From an uncultured Gemmatimonadales bacterium (GTDB lineage: Bacteria; Gemmatimonadota; Gemmatimonadetes; Gemmatimonadales; Gemmatimonadaceae), in assembly GCA_963851265.1 (NCBI GenBank), contig CAWKNZ010000002.1:832001-896000 (forward strand): 64,000 nucleotides of DNA, written 5' to 3'. Position 1 is the first letter of the stretch. Each line of letters starts with the position of its first letter. The translations under genes were made by a program, and so were the position numbers. Under the pieces are notes generated by a model. It searched no databases and had not been told where the DNA came from. It was given only the letters and a program-made list of their open reading frames with translations. This document shows positions 24,003 to 36,458 of this stretch, piece by piece.

Positions 24003-24749
24003 TCAGCGCCGGATCAGGCGGCGGAGCCGCGCGGCGAGGCCGCCGGTCGCCCGTTCGCGGTCGCCACTCTGGGCGAGCGCTACGGCCGCATCGACCGCCG
24101 CGATGCGCGCGCCCGGGGCGGGCGCATCGTGCGTCGGCGCGTCGCCGGGGACGGCGGTGTCGGACGCTGGCGCGTGCTCCGCGGGTACGTCCGACGCCAT
24201 GGCGTCCTGGCCGGCTGCGTCGGTCGTGCCGGTGGTGTCGAGCCAGCGGAGGCCGCCCGCGAGTTGCTCGAGCGCCGGGTCCACGGACGTCGCCGCGGTG
24301 GGGTTCGCGGGGTGCTCGGGCGCGCCGAGTGCCGCGTCGAGGTCGGCGATCGCGGCGACGAGGTCGGCGGGGAGTTCGGGTAGGTCGCGAACCCCGGCGC
24401 GCACGCGGGCGAGCGCAGCGTGTGCGCCGTCGAGGTCGCCCGCCGCGACGCGCACGGTCGCGAGATCGCTCCACGCGCGAACCGCGACGATCGGTCCCGC
24501 GACGCCGGCGGCGACGAGCCCGTCCCGCATCCCGGCCGAGCGCTCGAACGCCGCGCTCGCTTCGGCCCACGCGCCTGCGACGGCGTGCGCGTGGCCGTCT
24601 CGGGTCGCCGCGAGGGCAGCCGCGACCTCGGCGGCCATGCCGTCACCCGGCTCGACCGTCGGTGCGAAGTCGAGGGCGAGGTCCGCCGTCGAGACCGCGT
24701 CGGCGGCGAGACCGTCGACGTCGGGGAGGAACAGGAGAGAGTCGATCAT
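24003..24749 (-). CDS. Hypothetical protein with a TPR-like helical segment
   Basis: GAWAEASAAFERS..AWSDLATVRVAAGDLDGAHAALAR resembles a TPR pair. Confidence 0.55.
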   Translation of the reverse strand: MIDSLLFLPDVDGLAADAVSTADLALDFAPTVEPGDGMAAEVAAALAATRDGHAHAVAGAWAEASAAFERSAGMRDGLVAAGVAGPIVAVRAWSDLATVRVAAGDLDGAHAALARVRAGVRDLPELPADLVAAIADLDAALGAPEHPANPTAATSVDPALEQLAGGLRWLDTTGTTDAAGQDAMASDVPAEHAPASDTAVPGDAPTHDAPAPGARIAAVDAAVALAQSGDRERATGGLAARLRRLIRR

Positions 24750-24980
24750 CGGGGTTGGCTCGTTGTGGGCAGGACGCCACACCTCGCCCGGACGTCACCC
24801 TCGATCGACACTCCCGATCGTGCGGTGCGGCCCCGCCGAGCGCGCGGTACGCCCCCGGGGCGGCGGGCGCAAGCGGTTGATGCCGCGGGCGCGCGTGCGC
24901 ATCGTACGCCCCCGCCCGCAGCCCGCGGCCGTGTTGCCCGGCGCTCCCGCCGGTGACACGCCCGGGCGATCCCGCCGTGC

Positions 24981-27350
<2,370 letters not shown>

Positions 27351-27367
27351 CGCGTCCGACGCGACGA

Positions 27368-27438
27368 TCGACCCCCGCGTTCGCGGGGGTGACTGCACGA
27401 CGTCCGTTCCCGGTCATCCCCGCGCACGCGGGGATCCA
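27368..27438. repeat. Inverted pair of REP-like hairpin units (GTC-tagged type)
   Basis: GTCATCCCCGCGCACGCGGGGATCCA (27413-27438, +) and GTCACCCCCGCGAACGCGGGGGTCGA (27368-27393, -), each a hairpin, between convergent genes. Confidence 0.8.
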
Positions 27439-27460
27439 CCCGTCCTCGGGCTGACTCGCG

Positions 27461-30039
27461 TTACGACTCGCGCAGCGCCGCGGCCGGCGTCCCGCGGTAC
27501 GCGTCGCGCCCCGTCAGCAGGCCGATCGCCACCGTCACCGCCGTGAGGATCGCCGCCACGCCTAACGCCGAGCCGTAGTCCGGCCGGAACGGCTGGTGAA
27601 AGATCCACCGCGCCAGCCCCCACGCCCCCGCGAACGACAGCAGCATCCCCGCGAGGGCGCCGAGGACGCCGAGCGTCGCGTATTCGGCGAGCAGGATGCG
27701 CGTGATCTGGCCGCGGGTCGCGCCGAGCGTCTTGAGGAGCACCGCGTCGCGGACGCGCTCGCGCCGCGTCGCGGCCACGGCACTGAACAGCACCGGTATG
27801 CCCATCGCGAGGCAGAACGCGCCGAGGAAGCGGATGGCGGTCCCGACGCGGTCGACGATGCGCCCGACGGTGCGCTGCACGAGCGACAGGTCGATGCTCG
27901 ACACGTTGGGGTAGCGCGCGACCACGTCGCGCTGCAGCCGCGCGATGGCGTCGTCGGTCGGCACGTTCGTCAGCAGTACGAACTGCTTGGGTGCGCCGCG
28001 GAGCGCGGCGGGCTGAAAGACGGCGAAGAAGTTGGGCTCGAACCGCGCCCAGCTCACGTCGCGCAGGCTCGTGAGGCGCGTGCGCACGGGCACGCCCGAC
28101 ACGTCCCAGGTCAGCGTGTCGCCGAGCTTCGCACCGAGGTCGCGCGCGAGGCTCGTCTCGAGGCTCACCTCGGGGACGGCCTCGTTCGTGCCGTCGCCCT
28201 GAAAGAAGCGTCCCGCCGTCACCCGCTCGGCGCTCCCGAGTGCGGTGCGGTAGGTCGACCGATACTCGCGGCGTAAGGTCCACGGCGCGCGCGCGCGGCG
28301 CCCGGTCCCGCTGTCGGCGAGGAGCTGCGCGGTCGTGCGCCCGTTGATGGCCGCCACGCGCATCGTGACGATCGGCGTCAGGCCGCCCGGCGTCGTGTAG
28401 CCGCGCGCGCGCACGATCGAGTCGAGCGCGGGCGCCTGGTCCTCCTGGACGTCGAAGAAGAGCACGTTGGCCCGCGCCGCCGCCGACCGCGCGTCGAGGT
28501 CACGCAGCAGGTTGGAGCGCACCAGGTACACGGTCGATACGAGGAACGCGCCGAAGCCCAGGGCGAGCGTCACGGCCCGCGTCTGGCTCCCCGGGCGGTA
28601 CAGATTCGCGACGCCCTGACGCACGACGTACGGCCACCCGGCGCGGATCACGCGACGCGCGATCCAGACCACGGCGGCGGCGCTGAGCCAGAGCACGACG
28701 AGCGCGCCGGCGATGGCGGCGGTGACGCCGACGCCGTTGCGTCGGCTGCCCGTGCGCGCGACCGCGAGGGCGAGCACGCTCGCGATGATCGCGACGTCGA
28801 CGAGCCGCGCGGCCCAGTCGATCGCGAAGCGGCCGCGATGCTTGGGGCGGAGCGCGGCCGAGTCCACGTCCCGCCGGATCGCTTGCAGCGGGCTCACGTT
28901 TCGGAGGGCGAGCAGGGGGCGGAGGGCGAAGACCATCGCCACCCAGACGCCGACCAGCAGCCCGGAGCCGATCGCGCGCCACTCCGGGCGCACGACGACG
29001 TCGACGGGGAGGAAGTCGGCGAGCGCGCGCGGCAGCCCGAACTGCAGGAGTAACCCGAGCAGGACGCCGGCCGCTGCGCCGGCGAAGCCCATGATCGCGG
29101 CCTGCGCCACGTAGACCGCGAGGATCTGTCCGCTCGACGCGCCGAGGCAGCGCAGGACGGCGACCGTGTCGAGCTTGCGCGCGACGAACGCGCCCACGCC
29201 GCTCGCCACGCCCACGCCGCCCAGCAACAGGGCGATCAGCCCGACGATCGACAGGAAGTCGCTGAGGCGGTCGACGGCCTCGGTCAAACCGCGCTCGGTG
29301 TCGATCACGGTGCGCGCGCGCACGCCCGCGCGGTCGAGCGTCGCGCGGTTGGCGCGCACCCACCCCGCGGGGTCGACGCGCGCGGGCAGCTTCACCACCG
29401 CCGAGTACTCTGCCCGGCTGCCGAAAACGAGCAGCTGCGTTTCGGCCAGGTAGCGGGCCGGGATGTAGACGCGCGGCCCGAGCACCGCCGAGATCCCCGC
29501 GTCGCCCGGGACGTTGACCAGCATCCCGTCGATCGCGAACCGCCCGAGGCCGAGCGTGAGCGTGTCGCCGACGCGCGCGTCGAGCGCGATGAGGAGAGAG
29601 CGGTCGACGAGCGCGTGCGGCGCGGAGCCTAACGCGGCCCAGCGCCCCGCGGGCTCGGTGGTCACCGTGCCGTAGTAGGGGTAGCCCGGCTCGACGGCAC
29701 GCACCTGGACGAGCCGGGTGTTGCCCGTGCGCGGCGCGACGGCCATCGACGCGAATTGCGTGTTGCGCGCGACCGGTGCGCCCGCGCGCGCGAGCGAGTC
29801 GAGCAGCGCCTGCGCCGGCTTCGTCCAGGGTCCGCGGGACGTCAGCTGCAGATCGCCGCCGACGAGCGAGCGCGACTGTTCGCGCACGGAGCGCCCGACG
29901 TTTCCGGCGAACGAGTCGATCGCGACGAGCGCGGCGACGCCGAGCGCGATGGACGACATGTAGAGGAGGAGGCGGCGGCGCGCGGTGCGGCTCTCGCGCC
30001 ACGCGAGGCGGAGCAGGCTCCGGCCGAAGAAGCGCGCCA

Positions 30040-30040
<1 letters not shown>
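27461..30040 (-). CDS. ABC transporter permease, YbbP-like (FtsX/MacB family)
   Basis: Two FtsX-like TM blocks (AVLRCLGAS, VLLKTLGATRGQ); adjacent to the YbbA-like ATPase and TesA. Confidence 0.9.
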
Positions 30041-30724
<684 letters not shown>

Positions 30725-30726
<2 letters not shown>

Positions 30727-31513
30727 GCGGGCAGCGGAGAAGGGCAGGGCGGAGAACGGGAGTGCGGTCGCGGCGATCGGCGCCGTGGGGGCCGCGATGG
30801 CCATCGCCGCGGCCGCGTGCGCGCGGACCCCGGCGGCTGATACCCCCGAGCGCGGCACTTCGCCCGAGACGTCGACCGCGACGGGCGCGTCGCTCCCGGC
30901 GGCACCGGCCGCCGCCGCGGGCGGCGCGGCGCGGGTCGGTGGTCGTCCGCGGGTCGTGTTCATTGGCACGAGTCTGACGGCCGGGCTCGGGCTCGATCCG
31001 GACAGCGCGTACCCGGCGGTGGTCGGCCGTCGAGCGGCGGCCGCCGGCACACCCGTCGACGTGGTGAACGCGGGTGTGAGCGGCGAGACGAGCGCGGGCG
31101 CGCTCCGGCGCGTGGACTGGGTCCTGCGCGAGCCGGCCGACGTCGTGGTGGTCGAGACGGGCGCGAACGACGGCCTCCGCGGGCAGAGCGTGGACTCGCT
31201 GCGCGCGAACCTCGACGCGATCCTCGCGCGCGTTAGGCATGATCAGCCGCGCGCGCGCGTCGCGCTCGTTCAGATGGAGGCGCCGCGGAACTTCGGCGCG
31301 AAGTATACGGCCGGCTTTCACGCCGCGTTCCCGACGGCGGCACGGACCGCGGGGGTGACTCTCTTTCCGTTCCTGCTCGACGGTGTGGCCGGGGTGCCGC
31401 GGCTCAACCAGGTCGACGGCGTGCACCCGACGGCGGAGGGGGCGCGGATCGTCGGCGAGCACGTGTGGCGGTCGCTGCAGCCGCTCCTCACGGCGCAGAC
31501 GGCGGCTCGCTAG
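30725..31513 (+). CDS. tesA: Arylesterase / acyl-CoA thioesterase I (SGNH hydrolase), probable lipoprotein
   Basis: FIGTSLTAG, NAGVSGETSAG, ETGANDGLRG, DGVHP; IAAAAC lipobox-like; start 30725 or 30797. Confidence 0.88.
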
Positions 31514-31562
31514 CAGGCCCGGAGAGGGCCGGCAGGGGGCCCGTAGCGGGGTGCGTCTCGGC

Positions 31563-31591
31563 TTGCCGGGGCCGCCGCCATCCGGCAATTT
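31563..31591 (+). promoter_or_regulatory. Putative sigma70 promoter of efp
   Basis: TTGCCG-17 nt-CAATTT about 100 nt upstream of efp. Confidence 0.4.
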
Positions 31592-31690
31592 GTGAGGCTG
31601 GACGCACTTCGGCCCAATTCCCTCGGGGCCGGCGCGTGCGGCGCGGGGAGCGCCGGCGTCGGTTTCACCGCTCTTTACCGCGAGTCATAC

Positions 31691-32257
31691 ATGGCAGTAC
31701 CGGCCACACAGATCCGCCGCGGCATGGTCATCGTCTTCGAAGGCGATCCCTGCCGCGTGATCGAGTTCCGCCACCACACCCCGGGCAACCTGCGGGCGAT
31801 GGTGCAGACCAAGATGAAGAATCTCAGGAGCGGTGCGAACTTCGAGCACCGGTTCCGCGCCGCCGACGCGATCGAGAAGGCGGACATGGAGACGCACGAG
31901 CTGGAGTTCCTGTACCAGGGTGGGGACACGTACCACTTCATGAACTCGGAGAACTACGACCAGCTCGAGCTCGACGCCGAGACGCTCGGCGACAACGCGC
32001 AGTGGATGCAGCCGGGGATGAAGATCCTGGCCGAGTACTACAACGGCCGGCCGATCGGGATCGACCTGCCGGCGTCGCTCACGTTCGAGATCGTCGACAC
32101 GGCGCCGGTAATGAAGACGGCGACCAAGACGGCGTCGAACAAGCCGGCGAAGCTCGAGAACGGCGTGACGATCAACGTTCCGGAGTTCGTGAGCACGGGC
32201 GAGCGGGTGCGGGTGAACCCGGCCACGGGCGAGTACCTGGACCGCGCGAAGGACTGA
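31691..32257 (+). CDS. efp: Translation elongation factor P (PGN-loop variant)
   Basis: HHTPGNLRAMVQTKMKNL, FLYQGGDTYHFMNSENYDQ, KPAKLENG..VPEFV..GE.V.VN..GEYLDR. Confidence 0.95.
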   Translation: MAVPATQIRRGMVIVFEGDPCRVIEFRHHTPGNLRAMVQTKMKNLRSGANFEHRFRAADAIEKADMETHELEFLYQGGDTYHFMNSENYDQLELDAETLGDNAQWMQPGMKILAEYYNGRPIGIDLPASLTFEIVDTAPVMKTATKTASNKPAKLENGVTINVPEFVSTGERVRVNPATGEYLDRAKD

Positions 32258-32281
32258 CCGCGGGCGCCGCGAGCGTTCCTC

Positions 32282-32310
32282 TTGAAGCGCTTCGCGGGAG
32301 CGACTAGCTT
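32282..32310 (+). promoter_or_regulatory. Putative sigma70 promoter of tRNA-His/Trp
   Basis: TTGAAG-17 nt-TAGCTT. Confidence 0.55.
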
Positions 32311-32359
32311 CAGCGGTCCGTTCGGACGCCCTCACGGGGCGCTCGGCGGGCCGTGCCAT

Positions 32360-32434
32360 GGTGACTATAGCTCAATCGGTTAGAGCACCGGACTGTGGCT
32401 CCGGGGGTTGCGGGTTCAAGTCCCGTTAGTCACC
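32360..32434 (+). tRNA. tRNA-His(GTG)
   Basis: G-1 plus GTGACTA/TAGTCAC, C discriminator, anticodon loop CTGTGGC. Confidence 0.95.
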
Positions 32435-32463
32435 CCTCCGTCTCGTGAGATACAGGTGGGTGT

Positions 32464-32536
32464 AGGTCCGTAGCTCAATTGGTAGAGCACCGGTCTCCAA
32501 AACCGGCGGTTGGGGGTTCGATTCCCTCCGGGCCTG
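32464..32536 (+). tRNA. tRNA-Trp(CCA)
   Basis: AGGTCCG/CGGGCCT, anticodon arm CCGGT-CTCCAAA-ACCGG. Confidence 0.95.
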
Positions 32537-32594
32537 TCGTTCGTCTGTCGAGTGCCGCTGCATGACGGCGGTAGCGTGATGCTCGGTGAGCTGT

Positions 32595-32623
32595 TTGCCA
32601 ATCGAAGTGCCCGCGCTTATGTT
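32595..32623 (+). promoter_or_regulatory. Putative sigma70 promoter of the tRNA-Glu to tRNA-Gly run
   Basis: TTGCCA-17 nt-TATGTT. Confidence 0.55.
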
Positions 32624-32666
32624 GGTCTGCTCGCCCGGACCGAGTTCTGGTTCATGGCGAGGACGC

Positions 32667-32739
<73 letters not shown>

Positions 32740-32797
32740 CTGTGCACCGCTGTCGTACGCGGCGGTACGCTGTTGTACCACGACTGGTCGTCATCGC

Positions 32798-32869
32798 GGC
32801 CCTATCGTCTATCGGTTAGGACGCTACCCTTTCAAGGTGGAGAGACGGGTTCGATTCCCGTTGGGGCTA
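32798..32869 (+). tRNA. tRNA-Glu(TTC)
   Basis: GGCCCTA/TGGGGCT, anticodon arm CTACC-CTTTCAA-GGTGG. Confidence 0.94.
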
Positions 32870-32937
32870 TCGACGCGGATTGCTGGCGTTGAGGGGTAGT
32901 GCGGCAGGTGTAGGACCGTCGCTCCGTGCGACGTTTG

Positions 32938-33012
32938 GGGGCCGTAGCTCAGTTTGGTTAGAGCACTCGACTGTCACTCGAGAGGTCGCGGGTTCGAGCC
33001 CCGTCGGCCCCG
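32938..33012 (+). tRNA. tRNA-Asp(GTC)
   Basis: GGGGCCG/CGGCCCC, anticodon arm CTCGA-CTGTCAC-TCGAG. Confidence 0.95.
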
Positions 33013-33056
33013 TTGGTGTTGTGTGGTGCGGACCTCGGAACAGCGAGGCGCTGCAA

Positions 33057-33138
33057 GCCCTGGTGGTGAAACTGGTAGACACGCCATCTTGAGGGGGTGG
33101 TGCCGAAAGGCGTCGCGGTTCGAATCCGCGCCAGGGCA
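33057..33138 (+). tRNA. tRNA-Leu(GAG)
   Basis: GCCCTGG/CCAGGGC, anticodon loop TTGAGGG, long variable arm GCCGAAAGGC. Confidence 0.95.
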
Positions 33139-33194
33139 TCCCGGAAGTTCTCGTAGTCGCTCGACAGTTCGGCCCTCAGTCGAGCTGCTTCGGC

Positions 33195-33266
33195 GCCACA
33201 GTAGCTCAGTGGTAGAGCACTCGATTCGTAATCGAGCGGTCGTCGGTTCAATCCCGACCTGTGGCT
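33195..33266 (+). tRNA. tRNA-Thr(CGT)
   Basis: GCCACAG/CTGTGGC, anticodon arm CTCGA-TTCGTAA-TCGAG. Confidence 0.95.
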
Positions 33267-33340
33267 CTTGCACCGGCGGGCACCCGATTCGCACGCGCCG
33301 GTCGGTGTATGCGGCTGGGCTCGTTGAATTGGTACGTCAT

Positions 33341-33413
33341 GCGGGAGTAGCTCAGTTGGTAGAGCGCCAGCTTCCCAAGCTGGATGTCGCGGGTTCGAAC
33401 CCCGTCTCCCGCT
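33341..33413 (+). tRNA. tRNA-Gly(CCC)
   Basis: GCGGGAG/CTCCCGC, anticodon arm CCAGC-TTCCCAA-GCTGG. Confidence 0.95.
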
Positions 33414-33436
33414 CTTCGATCACCACGCGGTACGCG

Positions 33437-33480
33437 CGAACGGCCCCGACCCTGCCCAGGGTCGGGGCCGTTCGGCGTTT
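33437..33480 (+). terminator. Terminator of the tRNA cluster
   Basis: CGAACGGCCCCGACCCTG-cc-CAGGGTCGGGGCCGTTCG perfect inverted repeat followed by GCGTTT. Confidence 0.7.
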
Positions 33481-33641
33481 CCGGGGTACGAACGCTGGGG
33501 GCGGGTCGCGGCGTTACACCGGCGCAGCATGAGTACGCCCGCGCTCCGTGGCTCGGGTCGGCGGAGCGCCGGCGGCATCACATCGCGACGACTCGCACCA
33601 CGTCAGATCGCACTCAGATCGCACCACGTCAGGAGGCACGC

Positions 33642-33860
33642 ATGCAGGGTACGTCCGAAACGCTCACCATGCGCATCGAGGGAATGAGCTGCGCCCACTG
33701 CGTTCGCGCCGTGCGCGACGCTCTGGCCGAGGTACCGGGCGCGACGGTCGAACGCGTCGAGGTCGGCGGCGCGACGGTCGCGTTCGATCCGGCCCGGACC
33801 TCGCCCGCGCAACTCGCGGACGCGGTCCGAGACGCGGGCTACGAACCGGCGGGCGTGTGA
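33642..33860 (+). CDS. Heavy-metal-associated domain protein (CopZ-like chaperone)
   Basis: IEGMSCAHCV metal-binding motif, C-terminal DAGYE; AGGAGG RBS. Confidence 0.9.
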   Translation: MQGTSETLTMRIEGMSCAHCVRAVRDALAEVPGATVERVEVGGATVAFDPARTSPAQLADAVRDAGYEPAGV

Positions 33861-34831
33861 CGCCGACGACGGCTGTTCCGAGCGATGCGTCGGCGGTGCA
33901 CGTCCCGACGGTCACCGCGCCGAGCGCGGAGGCCGTCCCGGCCGCGCACCGCCCCGAGCGTGCCGAGCACGGACGCGGGGAGCATGGGCCGACGATGGGC
34001 ACGTCTCCCGCCGCGTACCCGCCGCTCACGATCGAGGGGTGGTACGCGCACCACCAGCTCGTCACGCTCGACCGCGAACGGTTGCGGGCCATGCCTGCGA
34101 CGGAGCGAGCGCAGGCGGCGGCCGGTCTGGCGGACGCGCTCACCGCGCTCCGCGCGCCGGACGCGGGCGGCTGGACGGCGCCCGCATTGCTCGTCGGGTC
34201 GAGCGCGGACGCGATGATCGTGCACTTCCGCCCGACGCTCGACGCGCTGGGTGACGCGCAACGCGCGGTGCTGGACGCGCCGCTCGGCGACCTGCTGCGA
34301 CCGACCGTGACCTACCTCAGCGTGACCGAGGCGGGGATGTATCAGGTGGCCGGACAACTCGCCAAGGCGGCGCTCGCGCGCGGCGGTTCGGTCGGCGACG
34401 CGACGTACGAGGCGGAGGCCGCCGCGCGACTCGCGGTGGAGCGGGAGGAGGCGCGGAACCTCAAGCGGCTCTACCCGCCGCTCCCGTCCGACATGCCGTA
34501 CGTGTGCTTTTACCCGATGAGCAAGCGACGCGCGGTGGGGCAGAACTGGTACGAGCAGACGCTGGAAGAGCGGAACCGGCTGATGTGGGCGCATGGCAAG
34601 ACGGGCCGCCGGTACGCTGGGAAGGTGTTCCAGATCATCACCGGCTCGGTCGGGTTCGACGCCTGGGAGTGGGGCGTGACGCTGTTCGCGGCCGACCCGT
34701 TGGAGATCAAGCGGATCGTGACCGAGATGCGGTTCGACGAAGTGAGCGCTCGGTACGCGGAATTCGGCGCGTTCTACGTGGGGCGGACGATGGAGCCGCG
34801 CGAGTGGGTGCGCGCGCTGATCGGCGCGTGA
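33857..34831 (+). CDS. hemQ: Coproheme decarboxylase (HemQ/ChdC; chlorite dismutase-like family)
   Basis: EGWY..H, CFYPMSKRR, NWY, LMWAHGKTGRRYAG, QIITGSVGFDAWEWGVTLFA, EMRFDEVSARYAEFGAFYVG; start may be later (ATG near 33994). Confidence 0.85.
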   Translation: MTPTTAVPSDASAVHVPTVTAPSAEAVPAAHRPERAEHGRGEHGPTMGTSPAAYPPLTIEGWYAHHQLVTLDRERLRAMPATERAQAAAGLADALTALRAPDAGGWTAPALLVGSSADAMIVHFRPTLDALGDAQRAVLDAPLGDLLRPTVTYLSVTEAGMYQVAGQLAKAALARGGSVGDATYEAEAAARLAVEREEARNLKRLYPPLPSDMPYVCFYPMSKRRAVGQNWYEQTLEERNRLMWAHGKTGRRYAGKVFQIITGSVGFDAWEWGVTLFAADPLEIKRIVTEMRFDEVSARYAEFGAFYVGRTMEPREWVRALIGA

Positions 34832-34842
34832 CGCGCGGTTGG

Positions 34843-34871
34843 TTGTCGCGGCCCGGCTGAGGGGTTATACT
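34843..34871 (+). promoter_or_regulatory. Putative sigma70 promoter of tRNA-Pro
   Basis: TTGTCG-17 nt-TATACT. Confidence 0.6.
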
Positions 34872-34906
34872 GGCAGCTTCGGCGCGCCGGGTCGGTGACG
34901 GCGCGA

Positions 34907-34980
34907 CGGGACGTAGCGCAGCCCGGTAGCGCACCTGAATGGGGTTCAGGGGGTCGCGGGTTCAAATCCCGCCGTCCCGA
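34907..34980 (+). tRNA. tRNA-Pro(GGG)
   Basis: CGGGACG/CGTCCCG, anticodon arm CCTGA-ATGGGGT-TCAGG, T arm GCGGG-TTCAAAT-CCCGC. Confidence 0.95.
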
Positions 34981-34990
34981 TGAGGTAAGT

Positions 34991-35033
34991 AGCGGCCCGC
35001 CAGCGTATTCGCTCGGCGGGCCGCTGCGCGTTT
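34991..35033 (+). terminator. Hairpin terminator after tRNA-Pro
   Basis: AGCGGCCCGCC-AGCG-tatt-CGCT-c-GGCGGGCCGCT followed by GCGCGTTT. Confidence 0.6.
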
Positions 35034-35677
35034 CGCGCTGGTCTCTCGCGTGAAGCGCCGGTGACCACGCGCGACGCACTGGCACGCTCTTGCTGAGGTC
35101 GATAGGAACCTGGCACGGCGGGGCCTCGCGCGTTCGTCGCGCGTACTGCGCTCGCATCTGTGTGTCGCCGCGACGCGTTCGCGCGCGCTCCAGCGCCAGC
35201 GCACACGACACGCAGTCGAACCGTGCGGCCGTGCACTCGACCACCGCAGGCGTGGCCGCGGAGCCGCTCTCGCGCGACTCGGCGAGTGCGCGGCGAAGCG
35301 ATGCGCACGCGGATCGACCGGTAGCTCTCGCCGGCCAGCACCGGCCTCGCGTCGCTGACCGGAGATGAGCTCGCCGGCTCCGTCCTCGAGCCGCTTCCGG
35401 ACAGGAAAGGAGTAGAGTCAGGCGGCTTCGACGTCCGTGGTCGCGCGGCGCGGGCAGCCGTATTCCCGCCGCGTCAGGTGCCCGAGCGAACTGTGCGGCC
35501 GTTGCTCGTCGTGGTCAACGCGCCACGCGTCGAGCCCGGCACGCACGGCGGCCCGGCCCACCCGCCGCCGCGAATGGGCCGGCGTGGCCGCCGGCGCGCG
35601 TGGGCCGGGAGACAGTGCGCCGATGACGCACGCGGCTCATCTTCGCCGGATCTACACTCCTCCCTCACCTCACTCCC

Positions 35678-36163
35678 ATGTCGCGGTCTCGATGGCTTGA
35701 CTCGCGACGCTGCCCGCAGCGCGCGCTCGCGAGCCTCGCGGCGCTGGCGTTCGGCGTCGGCGCGTGCTCGACGTTCCCCACCCAAGGAGAGATCGAGAGC
35801 AGCCTGGATGCCCAACTCGCGTCGGTAACCGGGGATTGGACCGGGGCCGCCATTCCGGATCCGGCTCTCACGCTTCGCTTCCACCTCGCCGAGGCAGCCG
35901 ACGGCCAGGTCACAGGGACGGGAAGCATGCAGGAGCGCGGCGCCACGGCGCCCGCGCCCCTCAGCATCACCGGCAGTTATCGCCGGCCCGATCTCGCACT
36001 GGCGTTCGATGGAATGATCGTGGCAGGGCACGTCGTCCACGGTACGTTCCACGGGCGGTACACGACCGTCGGCGGCGTGGGAGACACCCTGGTGTTGACC
36101 GGCGTGAACGGGGACGCGTATACGCAGCGCGTCTCCGTTCTACTCCAAGAAACCGGGTCCTGA
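35678..36163 (+). CDS. Hypothetical lipoprotein
   Basis: Hydrophobic leader ending FGVGAC; beta-strand-rich mature part (VTGDWTG..GQVTGTG). Confidence 0.7.
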   Translation: MSRSRWLDSRRCPQRALASLAALAFGVGACSTFPTQGEIESSLDAQLASVTGDWTGAAIPDPALTLRFHLAEAADGQVTGTGSMQERGATAPAPLSITGSYRRPDLALAFDGMIVAGHVVHGTFHGRYTTVGGVGDTLVLTGVNGDAYTQRVSVLLQETGS

Positions 36164-36458
36164 CGTCGGGACGCGCCAGTGACGCGGCGAGCGTCGTCAC
36201 TCCCGGACTAACGGCCCCGGCGGCCTTGTCGGCCCCCGGGCCAGAAATCCGGCTACTTCGGCCGCGCGCGCGGTTAGGCGCGCCGCCGTAGTCCGTCGCG
36301 GCGGGCTGGTCTCGGGACGCGTGAACGTCACGCGCGCGGCGTCGGTCGGGGGCGGCATCCCATGTCGGGCATTGACGGTCCGGTCGGCGACGCGTACCGT
36401 GGGCGCGCTCGTGCCCGATCCTGCGCCGCTTTGCTTGTCATCGCCCGGAACGCCCGTG

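Noticed and set aside
35080..35094. Sigma54 promoter-like TGGCACGCTCTTGCT
   Set aside because: The GG-to-GC spacing is one base short of the strict -24/-12 requirement, and no enhancer-binding protein gene is nearby.
36206..36279. Possible integron attC site (GACTAAC ... GTTAGGC) and a cassette-array reading of the GTTAGGC motifs
   Set aside because: The left box is not RYYYAAC and I see no complementary L boxes. Other copies are unpaired, kilobases apart and mostly inside housekeeping genes. No integron integrase is present.
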